This document shows, piece after piece, positions 1 to 11,195 of a DNA stretch of 64,000 nt. Position numbers and translations under genes: made by a program. Numbering within the stretch: position 1 is the first letter of the stretch; each line of letters begins with the position of its first letter. The notes below the pieces were generated by a model, which was not told the origin of the DNA, did not search any database, and was given only the letters and a program-made list of their open reading frames with translations. Source of the stretch: an uncultured bacterium. GTDB lineage: Bacteria; Zixibacteria; MSB-5A5; CAIYYT01. Location: positions 1,630,857 to 1,694,856 of the forward strand of contig CAVSCK010000004.1 in NCBI GenBank assembly GCA_963726455.1, given 5' to 3'.

Positions 1-1407
1 CAACATCATTCGACGCAAACAGTTGTTCACGTAGATGCTCTTCGGGAAGGTGTTCATCATCTTGCCATAGGCATCCCGCGCGTCAGCGAAGTTGCCGAGG
101 AAGAACTTAAGTTCGGCCTGCTTGTAGAACAGTTCTTCCTGGTCTTTCTGTTGAAGCTGCTGCAAGGGAACCGAATTGTACAAGGAATCCGCGATCTGTG
201 GCTTGCCCATGGAGAGATAACAATCGGCAGTGGCGATTCTGGAAATGACGGCGGTTCCGGCAATCGGGTAATTGGTGGTGAGACGCTGGAACAAACCGAG
301 AGCAGTCGAAGGATCGTGCAGACCCTTGAGCTGAGTGTAACCCATTGCATAAAGGGCTTCGGAGACATCGCGATCGGACTGTGACTGTTTGGTGATTTGA
401 TCGTAGATGGCGATTGCGTCACCGAAGCGCCGGTCGTTAAAGTAGGAGTCGGCCAGAATAAAGCGCGAAGCGATACGGAAAGGAGAATCGGGATAGCGGG
501 TGATCAGGTAATTGCAGGCCATTTCGACGGCCGCATGATCGCCGTTCTCACGAGCTACCGTCGCAAAATAGAGTATCTCTTTGCCCTTCTCGTTGCCCAG
601 TGAATCGACGAGACGGAATCGCAGGAACGCGTCCTCGAGCTTGCCCTGCGCCATGAGCAGATCTCCGAAGTAGCGCTGGGCGTATTTGTTCTTGGCATTC
701 TGCTTGATAATTTCGGCCAATGCTTCTTTGAGACCGGTGTCGAATCCTTCGTCTGAATCGAGCTTGATCAGTTGATTCATTTTGCCGGTGACAAAGACTT
801 CACTAGTTGTATCGCGGACGAGAAGGCCGAAATATTCGCGGGCAGCATCGCCGTAATTACGCATCACCTCGAAAAGCTGTCCCAGTTGCCTGGCAAACAT
901 CACCGGATCATCGAAGTTCTTGCGCGCATCCTGAAGGAGTTTCACGGCATCCGGATAGTAGCCGTTGGCGGTGTAGATATTGGCTGCCTGCTCATAGGCC
1001 TGCGGATGGGCAGATTCGGGCGCCAACGCTCCCTGGATTTGACTCTGGGCGGCCTTGGCATCCCCTTTCTTGAAATACACATTTGCGATGTCGAGTTTGT
1101 GCGCGTAGCGCAAGCCAGGATCGGGGGTGATTTCGAGCAGGTGATTAAGGATGATGAGCGCCGAATCAAGTTCCTTATCACAGATTAAGGCATTCTTGAA
1201 GTCGACGTTCACCTGAATGTTTTTCGGATAGCGCGCCGCCATGTCACGCAGAACGGTAACGGCGTCCTGGCAGCGGCCGGTGTTAATCATCGTCTCGATA
1301 CCCTTTAGCTGCTGCAACTCCTGCAGGCTTTGGGCTAGAGCCGGGTACGATGCACCTAATAGCAGAACACCTGCCAACAAGATATAGAGAAGCTTAGTAA
1401 CTGTCAT
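1..1407 (-). CDS. TPR-like repeat protein with N-terminal signal peptide (MTVTKLLYILLAGVLLLGASYPALAQ); the 3' end runs off the window
   Basis: Manual translation of the minus strand from ATG at 1407 gives more than 460 codons without a stop, with TPR-like helical repeats. The ATGA overlap with the upstream gene stop at 1404-1406 indicates operon coupling. Confidence 0.6.
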   Translation of the reverse strand, partial: MTVTKLLYILLAGVLLLGASYPALAQSLQELQQLKGIETMINTGRCQDAVTVLRDMAARYPKNIQVNVDFKNALICDKELDSALIILNHLLEITPDPGLRYAHKLDIANVYFKKGDAKAAQSQIQGALAPESAHPQAYEQAANIYTANGYYPDAVKLLQDARKNFDDPVMFARQLGQLFEVMRNYGDAAREYFGLLVRDTTSEVFVTGKMNQLIKLDSDEGFDTGLKEALAEIIKQNAKNKYAQRYFGDLLMAQGKLEDAFLRFRLVDSLGNEKGKEILYFATVARENGDHAAVEMACNYLITRYPDSPFRIASRFILADSYFNDRRFGDAIAIYDQITKQSQSDRDVSEALYAMGYTQLKGLHDPSTALGLFQRLTTNYPIAGTAVISRIATADCYLSMGKPQIADSLYNSVPLQQLQQKDQEELFYKQAELKFFLGNFADARDAYGKMMNTFPKSIYVNNCLRRMML

Positions 1408-4400
1408 TTCTCCGGCTGGTTGCTGTTAACGGCCTTGAAATATTCCTTAATCAGTTCTTCATACTCGGGAGGATAACCCTCGTTGAGGAATTTCTGCAGC
1501 CGGTCCTGATAACTGTCGAGTGTCGGCTTGTTCGCGGGCAACGGCGGAGGTGATTGACGGACAATGTCCTGTGCCGTTTCCGCTTTGCGTTCCTCGGAAA
1601 AATCCTGACGTTGCATTGAGCGCTGGAAATCGAGCATGCGCGAATAAATCTGCTGTTGACGGCGCAGGGTGTTTTCGTTTACGGTGCCGCCTTCCATGTC
1701 CTCGACCACCTTCTTTACTTCTTTGCCCATTTCGTCCAGACGGCCCAGCAGCTCTTTACGAGTTCCCTGTTCGCGCTGCAGGTCGCCAAGTCCTTTGCGG
1801 ATGGCATCCTGTTCGGCTGCGAGACGCCCCATGCCGTCCTTGTCGGGTTTGCCCTGTTTCGGACTCTGGCACATGTTGGAGGACTCCATGTTGATCTTCT
1901 TCTGGCTGTTGCACATCTGGTTCATCTTCTTGAACATATTTTCATTGTTACAGGTACCGCCCGTGCATTGCTTTTGACTCTGCATTGACTGCATCAGTTG
2001 ATTGGCGGCCTGGTTCAGACGAGAACATCGCATCCTTCTGGTAACGCTGTGCATTGGTCGCATTGCGTTCCATCAACCCCTGCGAGGACTGCTCCATGGC
2101 GTCCTGCGCCTGCTGCATGAATTTGCCGATTGACTGCGAATAGAACGGCGATTCCTTGGATATGTCTCTCAGCTTCAGGTCGAGTGTCTGCAGCGTTTTC
2201 TGCAACGCCTGTTGTTCGGCGGCGTACTGCTGCAACTGCTGCGATGACGGGTCGGCCTGTTCGGTCTGATCGTAGACCTTCTCCTGCTGGTCGGACACAT
2301 AGAGCGCGTCATTGGCGGCATCCTTCATCTTTTCCGCCGATTGCTGGCCCATACTGGAGCTGAACGCGTTTTTCTGGTTTTCCATTTCCTTCTGCATCGC
2401 TTTGAGATCATCCAGTGCCGCTTCTCCCTTTTGCTGGGACTGCTGCTTGTTCTGGGCAGTCATGCTCTGCGAGGCGGCAGCCATCTTTTCGCCGGCCTTG
2501 GAATTTTTCGGCGATTCGGTGAACTTCTGGGCGGCTTCGTTCTGGTCCAGCTTTTGCTCGGCCAGCATCTGCTCCAACTCCTTGGAGTCCCTCTGGAAAT
2601 TGTCGAAGGCCTGCTTGTTCTGATCCTGTTTGGGAGAAAGCTGCGGCAACTGATTCTGGCTCGAATTCTCTGCCTGCTTGTTGATATTCTCCTGCTGCTT
2701 GATCATGTCGGCAAGCTGGCGCATCATGTTTTCCATCTTCTGCTGCAATTGAAGCATTTTGAGGAGCGCGATCGTGCGTTCGAGACGCTGTTTCAGCTCG
2801 TCCTGAGAGAGTTTCATTTGCTCGGCGGCCTTTTGCAGTTCCTCAGGCGACATCTTGTCCATCTGCTCCTGCAGTTTCTTCATCGCGTCTTTCATTTCGG
2901 GAGTGGCGACCTGATCGAACAGCTTGCGAATTTCTTCGAGCTTCTGCAGTATCTCCAGCGACGTCATGTCGTTCTTTTCCATCTTGTCCTGCATCTGCTG
3001 TAACCGATCGCCCGTCTGCTTCATAGCGTCGAGGATGTTCTGCTGCGCCTGGATGGATTTCTGGATGTCCTGTTTCTTCTCCCAGGTGAGATCCTTATTA
3101 CTTTGCAGTTCTTCCTGAAGTTTTTCCGTCTTCTGCTGCAATTCCTCCTGCGCCGTTTTCAGTTTTTCCAAGTCGGTGATTTGCGAATCGCTTTCGGCAT
3201 CGAGGAAGGATAACTGCTCGTTAAGGGACGGCAGGCGCGCAGTCAGGGTCTGAGACACTCCGCGTTTGGGACCGGAGATGGCGTCGTTGTCGAAGGCCTC
3301 GATATAGTATTCGACCCAGCCACCCGGCTCCAGGCCGATGTTCGACATATCCCAGGGATAAGCCATTTCAAAACTGCGACCGGCTTTGCGGTCGAAAGGT
3401 ATGGAAATCTTCTTCTCGAAAGTTTCGCCCGGCACGGTAAAGATGCGATAGACAAGATTGACCGACGAAAAACCGAAATCGTCAAAAAGTTTGAAACCGA
3501 GTTTAAGTGACATGTCGTCGCCGAGCTCAACTGGCACACCGGGAGAATAAAGATCAACTTCGGGCGGAAGGTCGGCAATAGATTCGATGCGATATTCGAT
3601 TGGGTCGGGGTTGTCATTGCCGATGTCGTCTCTTACGGCAATGTGGTACGTGCCATTATCCGCGACGGTCAGGCCGCCGGACAACTTCTGTTTGACGATA
3701 TCGAGTTTGTCGGTTTTGCCATCACTCATAACCAGCGTGGCGAACATTACCGGCTTATTAACTGACGCCTCGATCTTGACATGCGTGCCCTTGAGGGCGG
3801 AAATGTTGCCGTCATTTTCATCGACGACAAGCGGTTCGAGACCGGTGTAGTTTGGATACATGTACGTCAGTTTGACGCCGATGACGCGCGGTTTGTCAAC
3901 AGCCGTAACGGTGTAAACGGGTGACTTGATTTCACCGGCTGTTACCCAGTAGTCAAAAGATTTCTTAACTTCCCGAAACTCGTAGGCAAACTTGAGTGTG
4001 TCGGCAAGATTGAGATGGGCGCCGATTCCGCCCAAGTCGGCTTCTTTGGCCAACTCTTCGCTTTTAACCGGGCCGTCTTCATACTGCCAGTACAAAGTTG
4101 CCGCTGCCGGCAACGACTTTCCGCGCAGCAGTGCTTGGATCTTGATATTGGTGAACTTGGCGACCTCCGCGTTTTTCGGCAGCACGTCGAGCGAGTAGCT
4201 CAGATTGCGCGGGATATCAACGGTCGGGTGACTGAAAAGATAGACCGACTCATTGAAAGCGCCCGGCGCCAGAACGGCCGGAATCAGGATTAGCAGAACT
4301 GAAGTTGCAAAGTAGCGCAGCCCGCGACGAAGGGGCTTCTTGTCGACAGTCTTATTGAAGTCGATACCGCGACACATGGATTCGGATTGGCTGATGATGG

Positions 4401-4812
4401 CCTGAATCATTTCGGTGGAGAAACCTTCGCGGTTCTCTTGTAAGTTGCGTTCGAGTTGCAGTGATGCGATCAGGCGATCTTGCAGTTCGGGATTAGTCTT
4501 TTCAACCTGCAGCGCCACGGCCTCCGTGCTAGGGCGCGTGACAAATTTCCAGATGATCGTGCGAGCCAAAAGAGCGACGATTACAATCGCCGCCAGAGAC
4601 ACGAAGATAATCCGAAACGTGGGAGTCAGGAAGAACGTGATGTTAAATAGAAAGCCGACGAACAGAAATATCGCCAGCGCTGAAAAGATCAGGGTCAATC
4701 CGAAACCGACGTGATTGAGCATCATAAAACTGCGCAGTTTGTTCAGTTTGTCGGTCAGATACTGCAATGATAATTTCGGATTCATGTTCGCCTCTAGTGT
4801 GTCAAAGCCCAA
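1404..4812 (-). pseudogene. DUF4175-like large membrane protein (N-terminal TM helices, long Gln/Lys-rich coiled-coil region); frameshifted near 2015-2030
   Basis: ORF 1948..4812 (954 aa) and ORF 1404..2063 (219 aa) overlap in different frames, and the low-complexity coiled-coil continues across the junction. Sits next to a DUF4159 gene, as in Bat-like operons. Confidence 0.5.
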
Positions 4813-5381
4813 ACCAGCACGTTAGTCCCCATCTGCAAGGCCGCCGTTCGTTTGTCGGGAGGATCGTTGTGTACCTGAGGATCTTCCCAGCCGTCGCCGA
4901 TGTCTGATTCGAAAGTCAGCACGACCGCCAAACGATCGCCGACGAACCAGCCGAATAGTTGCGGCGGCTTGCCGTCATGCTTATGAATCTTCGGCAGGCC
5001 ATTAGGAAACTTATAGTAGCAACTGAAAATGCCATGATTAAAAGGAATCTCGCGCGGTTCCTGATCGGGAAAGAGTTTCTTCATTTCGCGCATGAATGCT
5101 TTAATGAGGCCATAGGAATCATTGGCGAGAATAAAGCCGCCGGCGTTGAGATACTTGCGCAGGACATCAATGTCCTCGGCGCGGAAGTTGACATTGCCGT
5201 GGCCGGTCATGTAAAGAAATGGGTAGTTAAATAGATTGGGGTCGGAGAGATCAACTCTGACCTCGTCTTTGCCGACCGGGATGGTGGTGTTCTGGCGGAC
5301 AAAGTCGATCAGGTTGGGAAGCGCCGAGGACTCCCAGTACCAGTCGCCTCCACCGGGATATTTGAGCCGCGCAATGGCCAC
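4794..5381 (-). CDS. DUF4159 domain protein (class I glutamine amidotransferase-like fold family)
   Basis: 195-aa ORF starting at GTG. Typically pairs with DUF4175. A hydrophobic signal-like peptide lies just upstream in another frame (see findings). Confidence 0.5.
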   Translation of the reverse strand: MAIARLKYPGGGDWYWESSALPNLIDFVRQNTTIPVGKDEVRVDLSDPNLFNYPFLYMTGHGNVNFRAEDIDVLRKYLNAGGFILANDSYGLIKAFMREMKKLFPDQEPREIPFNHGIFSCYYKFPNGLPKIHKHDGKPPQLFGWFVGDRLAVVLTFESDIGDGWEDPQVHNDPPDKRTAALQMGTNVLVWALTH

Positions 5382-5637
5382 ATCGTCGCTAATCGCAGCG
5401 GCACAAACAGTTACGGCGACAAATAACGTTAGGACCAGAGGACAGCAGCAATACTCTTTGAATAGTCATTGTATTCCTTATACGTCGGAAAGCGCTATAT
5501 GGTTCAACGACAAAGCCATTCAGGAGAGACCTTGACCAATTTACCCCATTTATGGCAAATGTCAACGTTCAAACCAGAATGGCCGAGAGCTATTGGCGCC
5601 GCACCGAACGAAAACTGCCAAAAAAGAGAAAACCGGC

Positions 5638-5666
5638 TTGACAGGAGACAACTTACGTATTATAGT
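5638..5666 (+). promoter_or_regulatory. Sigma70-like promoter of arsR-cadA: TTGACA, 17-nt spacer, TATAGT. An 11-bp palindrome TATGAaTCATA at 5687-5697 overlaps the start codon.
   Basis: Direct read of the sequence. Confidence 0.45.
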
Positions 5667-5689
5667 TGAACGATTGCTCAGGTGTTTAT

Positions 5690-6061
5690 ATGAATCATAC
5701 AAGTGAAGATGTCTGCCAGGTTAAGTATGTAAATCAGGAGCTTGTGTCTCGGCTTCTTAAGTCGCAATGCAGTAACGAGATAACGTCGAGCTTGGCGGAG
5801 ATATTCGGGGTCTTGTCGGATCCCAGCCGACTGAAAATATGTATGTACCTGTCACAGGCAGAACTTTGTGTCTGTGATCTCGCAGCGATGCTGGGAATCA
5901 CCGAGTCGGCGGTGTCGCATCAACTAAGATTGCTGAGGTCGTTGCGCCTCGTCAAGTATCGCCGGGAAGGCAAGATGGCGTTTTACACGCTCGATGACAG
6001 CCATGTGGCTTCTCTAATCAAACAGGGTCTTGACCACGCCGAGGAAAAGGGCCAGCGCTAA
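5690..6061 (+). CDS. ArsR/SmtB-family metal-responsive transcriptional repressor
   Basis: HTH region and ELCVCDL metal-binding motif (alpha3 site). Immediately upstream of a P1B-ATPase. Confidence 0.8.
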   Translation: MNHTSEDVCQVKYVNQELVSRLLKSQCSNEITSSLAEIFGVLSDPSRLKICMYLSQAELCVCDLAAMLGITESAVSHQLRLLRSLRLVKYRREGKMAFYTLDDSHVASLIKQGLDHAEEKGQR

Positions 6062-8137
6062 GTGGCGAACACAAGAGTTGAAGCGACAACGACGCGCATT
6101 GACTGTCCCAATTGCGCGCGGACAGCCGAGGAAGATATCCGCAAGATTGCCGGCGTGGCCGGAGCGCGCATCGATTTTCTCAACGCGAAGATTTACTACT
6201 CCTTCGATCAGGACTCAGTTTCTGATTCCGAAATAAGACAGCGAATCGAAGGGCTGGGGCATTTCAAATTTGTCGACGAAATGAAACCTTCAGAGAAGCG
6301 GCTGCCGTTTTCCGGCAAGCTCCTCACACTGATTGCTATTTCGCTCGGTTTGACGCTGACGGGTGTCGGTGTCGAACGTCTGGCGCATCTGGATACGATC
6401 GGTCACGCGATCATCTATCTGGCAATTATTGTGGGTGGCTGGGACATTGCCGCCAAGGCATTCGTCGGGCTGCGCCATCGCCGAATCGATATGAATACGC
6501 TGATGTCGCTGGCGGTGATCGGCGCGGCGGTGATTGGCAAGCTTGATGAAGCGGTGGTGGTCGTGCTGTTGTTCGGCGCTGCGAATCTGTTGGAGTCATT
6601 CTCGCTGTGGAAGTTCTCCCGCAACCTTACCGATCTGCATGATTTCACCAGCGCCCAGGCACTGTTGCGACAGAGTGACAACATCCTGATGGTCGCGCCG
6701 GAATCGTTGCAGCCAAGGGACATCGTAATCGTGAGAGAGGGCATGAAGATTCCTGCCGACGGAAAAGTTATCGCCGGACGCAGTTCGGTAGATTTGTCGT
6801 CGCTGACCGGCGAGTCGCTGCCCGAGGAGGTCGTAGAGGGCGACAAAGTATATGCGGGAGCTATCAACGTTCAGGGCTATCTCGAAGTCGAGGTGACTGC
6901 AAATGTGACCGATTCGCGCATCGGCAAAATCCTGCGAATGGTGAGTGAAGTTTCCGAGCATAAGGCGCAGCTTGAACGGTTTGTAGACCGATTCGCGAGG
7001 ATCTACACGCCAGCGGTGGTTGGCCTGGCGGCCGGAGTGGCACTGGTACCGCCGCTATTGCTTCACGGTTCGTTCTTCGTGTGGTTCTACCGGGCACTGG
7101 TGTTTCTTGTAATATCATGTCCTTGCGCGCTGGTTATCTCAACGCCGGTAGCTGTTACCGCGGCACTGGCGGCGGCATCGCGGTTGAAGGCGATTTTGAA
7201 AGGCGGGGACGCGATCGAGCGGCTGGCGCATGCGCGTGTCATTGCGTTCGACAAGACGGGAACTCTAACGACCGGGGCGTTGCATCTGGGACGAATTGAG
7301 TGTTATGACGGCTTGGGCGAAGGTGAGGCGGTACAGATTGCCGCTAGTCTCGAACAAATATCAAATCATCCGGTGGCAAAGGCGATTAGGCATGCGGCGG
7401 TAACAAGAGGAGTTCAGTTACTCGCGGTGGATGGCCTCAAGTCAGTATCGGGATTCGGAGTTGAAGGAACAGTCGCGGGACGCTATTATCGTTGTGGCGG
7501 AATTGAGTTTCTCGAGGACGCGCTCAGAGACGCGCAGCCGGAGAAGGAGAGTTCCTATCTGGTGTCGGATGGCAAGCTCCTGGCGAGGTTTCATTTCGAA
7601 GATGAACTCCGGCCGGAGGCAGCCGCAACAATAGAAAGACTCCGGGGCCAGGGGTTCGAAAAGATCGGAATTCTTTCCGGCGACCGACAGGAAATCATTG
7701 ACGCCGTCGGTGAGAAGCTTCGGCTCGAATTCGCGCATGGCCAATTGATGCCAGAACAGAAATTTGAACTACTTAAGGGACTCGGCGACAATGTCGCGAT
7801 GGTCGGTGATGGGATCAACGACGCGGTGGCGCTATCGGGTTCGGATGTGTCGATTGCCATTGGCCGATTCGGCAATGATATACCGGCTCAACATGCGGAT
7901 GTAGTTTTGTTCGGCGGCAATATTGCGGGTCTGCCACAATTGTTTCTGCTGGGAAAGCGGACAGTCGCGTTGATCAAGACTAACATTATTTTCGCCTTTG
8001 GAGTAAAGATCGTCTTCCTCGGCTTGGCACTCGCGGGATATTCCACGATTTGGATGGCAGTGGCCGCCGATATGGGCGCTTCTCTGGCGGTAATCCTCAA
8101 CAGTCTGCGGTTGCTGCGGCACGAAGCCGTACAATAA
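6062..8137 (+). CDS. cadA: Heavy-metal (Cd/Zn/Pb-type) translocating P1B-type ATPase
   Basis: N-terminal HMA domain with CPNC, then CPC (SCPCALVIS), DKTGTLT and GDGINDA motifs. GTG start abuts the arsR stop. Confidence 0.85.
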   Translation: MANTRVEATTTRIDCPNCARTAEEDIRKIAGVAGARIDFLNAKIYYSFDQDSVSDSEIRQRIEGLGHFKFVDEMKPSEKRLPFSGKLLTLIAISLGLTLTGVGVERLAHLDTIGHAIIYLAIIVGGWDIAAKAFVGLRHRRIDMNTLMSLAVIGAAVIGKLDEAVVVVLLFGAANLLESFSLWKFSRNLTDLHDFTSAQALLRQSDNILMVAPESLQPRDIVIVREGMKIPADGKVIAGRSSVDLSSLTGESLPEEVVEGDKVYAGAINVQGYLEVEVTANVTDSRIGKILRMVSEVSEHKAQLERFVDRFARIYTPAVVGLAAGVALVPPLLLHGSFFVWFYRALVFLVISCPCALVISTPVAVTAALAAASRLKAILKGGDAIERLAHARVIAFDKTGTLTTGALHLGRIECYDGLGEGEAVQIAASLEQISNHPVAKAIRHAAVTRGVQLLAVDGLKSVSGFGVEGTVAGRYYRCGGIEFLEDALRDAQPEKESSYLVSDGKLLARFHFEDELRPEAAATIERLRGQGFEKIGILSGDRQEIIDAVGEKLRLEFAHGQLMPEQKFELLKGLGDNVAMVGDGINDAVALSGSDVSIAIGRFGNDIPAQHADVVLFGGNIAGLPQLFLLGKRTVALIKTNIIFAFGVKIVFLGLALAGYSTIWMAVAADMGASLAVILNSLRLLRHEAVQ

Positions 8138-8172
8138 TCAAGTCAGATGCCTAGAGATTGGGCGACGCTGCG

Positions 8173-9501
8173 CTAACGGTGACGGCGGCTCTTCTTCGTG
8201 GTAAATTCCTGAGAGTCAGATGCTGCGGGGGCCACCAAGACGGAGTCTATTGCGGTTGCGCCACTGAGATTGGAGACTGCCGCATATACAGCTCGCGGTG
8301 ACGGATGCGGCAAGACAACTGACCACCTGTTGCGACCTACTGCTGTCGGCCTCAGACGTTCGAACGAGAAGTCGCTCCCCACTGACACGACGTAGGGTAT
8401 GGCCTGGAAGATCTCACCTTTCACATCCAGCTCAAGCACAGTGTCGCGCTGATTGAGCGCAATACGTGGGGGCGGCTGTTTGTCAACACCAAGGACGCGC
8501 CGGAATGCCTCAGTAGCACCAACAAAACGATACTTCATACCCAGTGAATCGCAGACATGGGTCATGTATCCGAGAATGATGTCGAACTCCTGTGCGGGGT
8601 TGCCATAGGAATGAGTTGCCCAGGCAAAGAGTTGATCATGGCCGGCGTTGACGCCTTCTTGCAGAAGACGAACGTCGTCGGGAGTGAATCCGACAACGCA
8701 GCGCGAGAGGTAGCGTTTCATGTTACCCGGGCGCTGATAGTCGGCGGTATCGGGGTGGAAAGGCCGCCAATCCAGAGGCGCGCGCGACCAATCGAATTGC
8801 TTGGAACGACTGTTGAGGTAGGTCGGCCACTCGAAGCTCTTGGGCGAGTAGCAACTGAGATCGTATGGGATGACATCTTCAATCCAACGGGAGAAATCGT
8901 TGTTTTCCCAGCACCAGCCACCGCGATAGCAAGTCGGGAAGAAACCGAGATCGACGATCAGATGATTTAGCGAGTGCTCGCACAACTCGATATCCGATCC
9001 GTTCGGGTAACGGGAACCATTGAACGTAATCAGTTGATTCCAGCGGAACACCGTACCGGTATCCACAGTAGTGTAATCAGTGTTGTGATAATGCCAGTCG
9101 ATCTCGTCCTGCCACTTTTTGATCGGGCTGCGAAAGGCTCCCATCGCCTTGAATACTGTGTCGCAATCAAGCTGCCGGCAGATTTGCTCGCTGGTGATGA
9201 GAAACCAACTGATCCGCGGAGTTCCACCGTACGAGTCGTGATAGCGATTCCGCCATTCGGTTCTCATAATGGCTGCTATGTTGCCGGAATCCGAAGTGTC
9301 TGCCAGATAGGCGACGTTCAATTCTGGAGAGATGTCACCGCCGCTCTGGCGAGGTTCAGTGTCGACACCCAGTACGATGTAAACCGTGCCCGGATGTTTC
9401 GCCGATGATCCGGCATTCTTCGCATTCTGCGACACCGCCTCTGGCCCAGATACCAGGAGCGGCACGAGCATAAATAGAGGCAGACTCTTAAAGAGTTTCA
9501 T
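8173..9501 (-). CDS. Secreted hypothetical protein (signal peptide MKLFKSLPLFMLVPLLVSG), Trp/Cys-rich
   Basis: Long ORF, not recognised. Start chosen at the signal-peptide Met. Confidence 0.4.
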   Translation of the reverse strand: MKLFKSLPLFMLVPLLVSGPEAVSQNAKNAGSSAKHPGTVYIVLGVDTEPRQSGGDISPELNVAYLADTSDSGNIAAIMRTEWRNRYHDSYGGTPRISWFLITSEQICRQLDCDTVFKAMGAFRSPIKKWQDEIDWHYHNTDYTTVDTGTVFRWNQLITFNGSRYPNGSDIELCEHSLNHLIVDLGFFPTCYRGGWCWENNDFSRWIEDVIPYDLSCYSPKSFEWPTYLNSRSKQFDWSRAPLDWRPFHPDTADYQRPGNMKRYLSRCVVGFTPDDVRLLQEGVNAGHDQLFAWATHSYGNPAQEFDIILGYMTHVCDSLGMKYRFVGATEAFRRVLGVDKQPPPRIALNQRDTVLELDVKGEIFQAIPYVVSVGSDFSFERLRPTAVGRNRWSVVLPHPSPRAVYAAVSNLSGATAIDSVLVAPAASDSQEFTTKKSRRHR

Positions 9502-9569
9502 AGCTCCCAATAATGTTCTTACGCGAACCGATGCCGAGTTCGATGCCGAAGCTCGGCAGACCATTAGTT

Positions 9570-10292
9570 CTACGTTGACGATTCTCTTTTTGAGACCTCG
9601 GTCGACCGAGGATAGATCACAATTTCGGGAACTTGGACATGCACCGGCGCGTCGGCGACTTCGCCGATCATTCGAGCTACGTCGGCAGTCTCTATTTGGG
9701 TCCCACGCTTTGGATCCTCGGCGGCAATATACTCTCCGGAGGAATTCATGCCATGGGGGAATATCGAGGTCACCTTGATGCCGGCGGGTTTCAGTTCGAG
9801 GCGCAAGGAATCAGCCAGACCGCGGAGGCCGAATTTGGAGGCCGAGTAGCCGGCAGCATTTTTCAGGCCGACTTTGCCCCCCACGGAATTGATGAAGATT
9901 ATCTGTCCGCGCGATTCCTTGAGCAGCCCGACCACAGCGCGTGAGATGAGATAGGCGCCCTTAAGATTGACGGCGATAATCTTGTCCCACGACTGCTCGT
10001 TGAACTCTTCGAGGGCTCCCATCAGGAAAATGCCGGCGTTGTTGACTAACAGGTCAAGCCGCCCGAATTTCTCGCGACAAGTGGCCGCCAGACGATCGGC
10101 AGTGGGGCTTTGAGTGATGTCGCCGGAAAGATACTCGACGCGAGTTTCGCTGGTAAGCCGTTGACGGGCACGTTCAGGCATTTCCGGTTCGGTAGCGACC
10201 AGAAGCAGATCGTATCCGCGCGACTGCAGTTCCGCGGCCGTAGACAGGCCCAGGCCACGGGTTCCGCCCGTTATTACGGCAACTCGACTCAT
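9570..10292 (-). CDS. SDR-family oxidoreductase (possible sepiapterin-reductase-like role)
   Basis: TGGTRGLG Rossmann motif, NNAG, YSASK catalytic motif. Confidence 0.75.
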   Translation of the reverse strand: MSRVAVITGGTRGLGLSTAAELQSRGYDLLLVATEPEMPERARQRLTSETRVEYLSGDITQSPTADRLAATCREKFGRLDLLVNNAGIFLMGALEEFNEQSWDKIIAVNLKGAYLISRAVVGLLKESRGQIIFINSVGGKVGLKNAAGYSASKFGLRGLADSLRLELKPAGIKVTSIFPHGMNSSGEYIAAEDPKRGTQIETADVARMIGEVADAPVHVQVPEIVIYPRSTEVSKRESST

Positions 10293-11134
10293 GCTTCGTT
10301 ATCGGCGACGTTTTCCAACTGCGCCGCCTTCTCAGTTTTGCTCTTTAATCGAGCGGCCTTAAGGTCGCGCTCGATGAAAGCATAGGCGTTGTGGTTATGG
10401 ATTGATTCCAAGTTTTCGGATTCGATGGTAAACCAGTCAATGCGGAAGTCGCGGGTAAGTTTTTCAGTGATTCCGCGAACGATATCCTCGACGAAGACAG
10501 GGTTTTCGTAAGCGGTTTCCGTGACATACTTTTCATCCTCGCGCTTGAGCAACGAAAAGACTTCGCATGATCCTTCCTCTTCGATCGCCCGAATCAGCTC
10601 TTCCAACCAGATGAATTCGTTGTAACGCACAGTAAGCGTCACCAGTGAGCGCTGGTTGTGGGCGCCATATTTGGAGATTTCTTTCGAGCAGGGACAGACC
10701 GAAGTCACCGGCACGCGGACCGTGAGAACCAGATCGACTTTTTCGTTGCCGTTCAGTGCGGCGGATATCGTGCAGCTATAATCGATCAGTCCCGGAGCAC
10801 CTGAGACCGGCGCTTTCTTCTCGATAAAGTATGGGAATGTCAATTCGATATGGGCCTTTTGGGCCTTGAGTTTGGTGCGGGCTGATTCAAGGATTTCGCG
10901 GATACGGCAAATATCTATTGCCTGATCGCGATAATCGTTGAGGATTTCGATGAACCGGCTCATGTGCGTGCCCTTGAACTGGTGAGGCAGGTCAACGTAG
11001 AAATTGACATCCGCGACCGTAGTCTGGGTCTCGTTCTTGCAGTCCTGCACGACAACCGGAAGTTTGAGATTCTTGATGCCAACCTTGTCCACCTTGATCT
11101 TACGGTGGTCGGGCATGCTTTGTATGTCTTTCAT
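10289..11134 (-). CDS. folE2: GTP cyclohydrolase FolE2/MptA family
   Basis: Length of about 280 aa and a conserved Cys cluster (VTSVCPCSKEIS) typical of type IB GTP cyclohydrolase. Confidence 0.55.
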   Translation of the reverse strand: MKDIQSMPDHRKIKVDKVGIKNLKLPVVVQDCKNETQTTVADVNFYVDLPHQFKGTHMSRFIEILNDYRDQAIDICRIREILESARTKLKAQKAHIELTFPYFIEKKAPVSGAPGLIDYSCTISAALNGNEKVDLVLTVRVPVTSVCPCSKEISKYGAHNQRSLVTLTVRYNEFIWLEELIRAIEEEGSCEVFSLLKREDEKYVTETAYENPVFVEDIVRGITEKLTRDFRIDWFTIESENLESIHNHNAYAFIERDLKAARLKSKTEKAAQLENVADNEA

Positions 11135-11195
11135 AATATCAACTCCTGCGTGCCTATCCGAAGGTACCGAGGCACATCATCACAAGTGATCGCCC

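Noticed and set aside
2341-3003. 220-aa Leu-rich plus-strand ORF and other plus-strand ORFs inside the DUF4175 gene
   Set aside because: Antisense to a long, low-complexity coding region; typical shadow ORFs.
6290-8134. Multiple minus-strand ORFs (for example 6415..6867, 7832..8134) within cadA
   Set aside because: Antisense to an intact, motif-rich P-type ATPase ORF.
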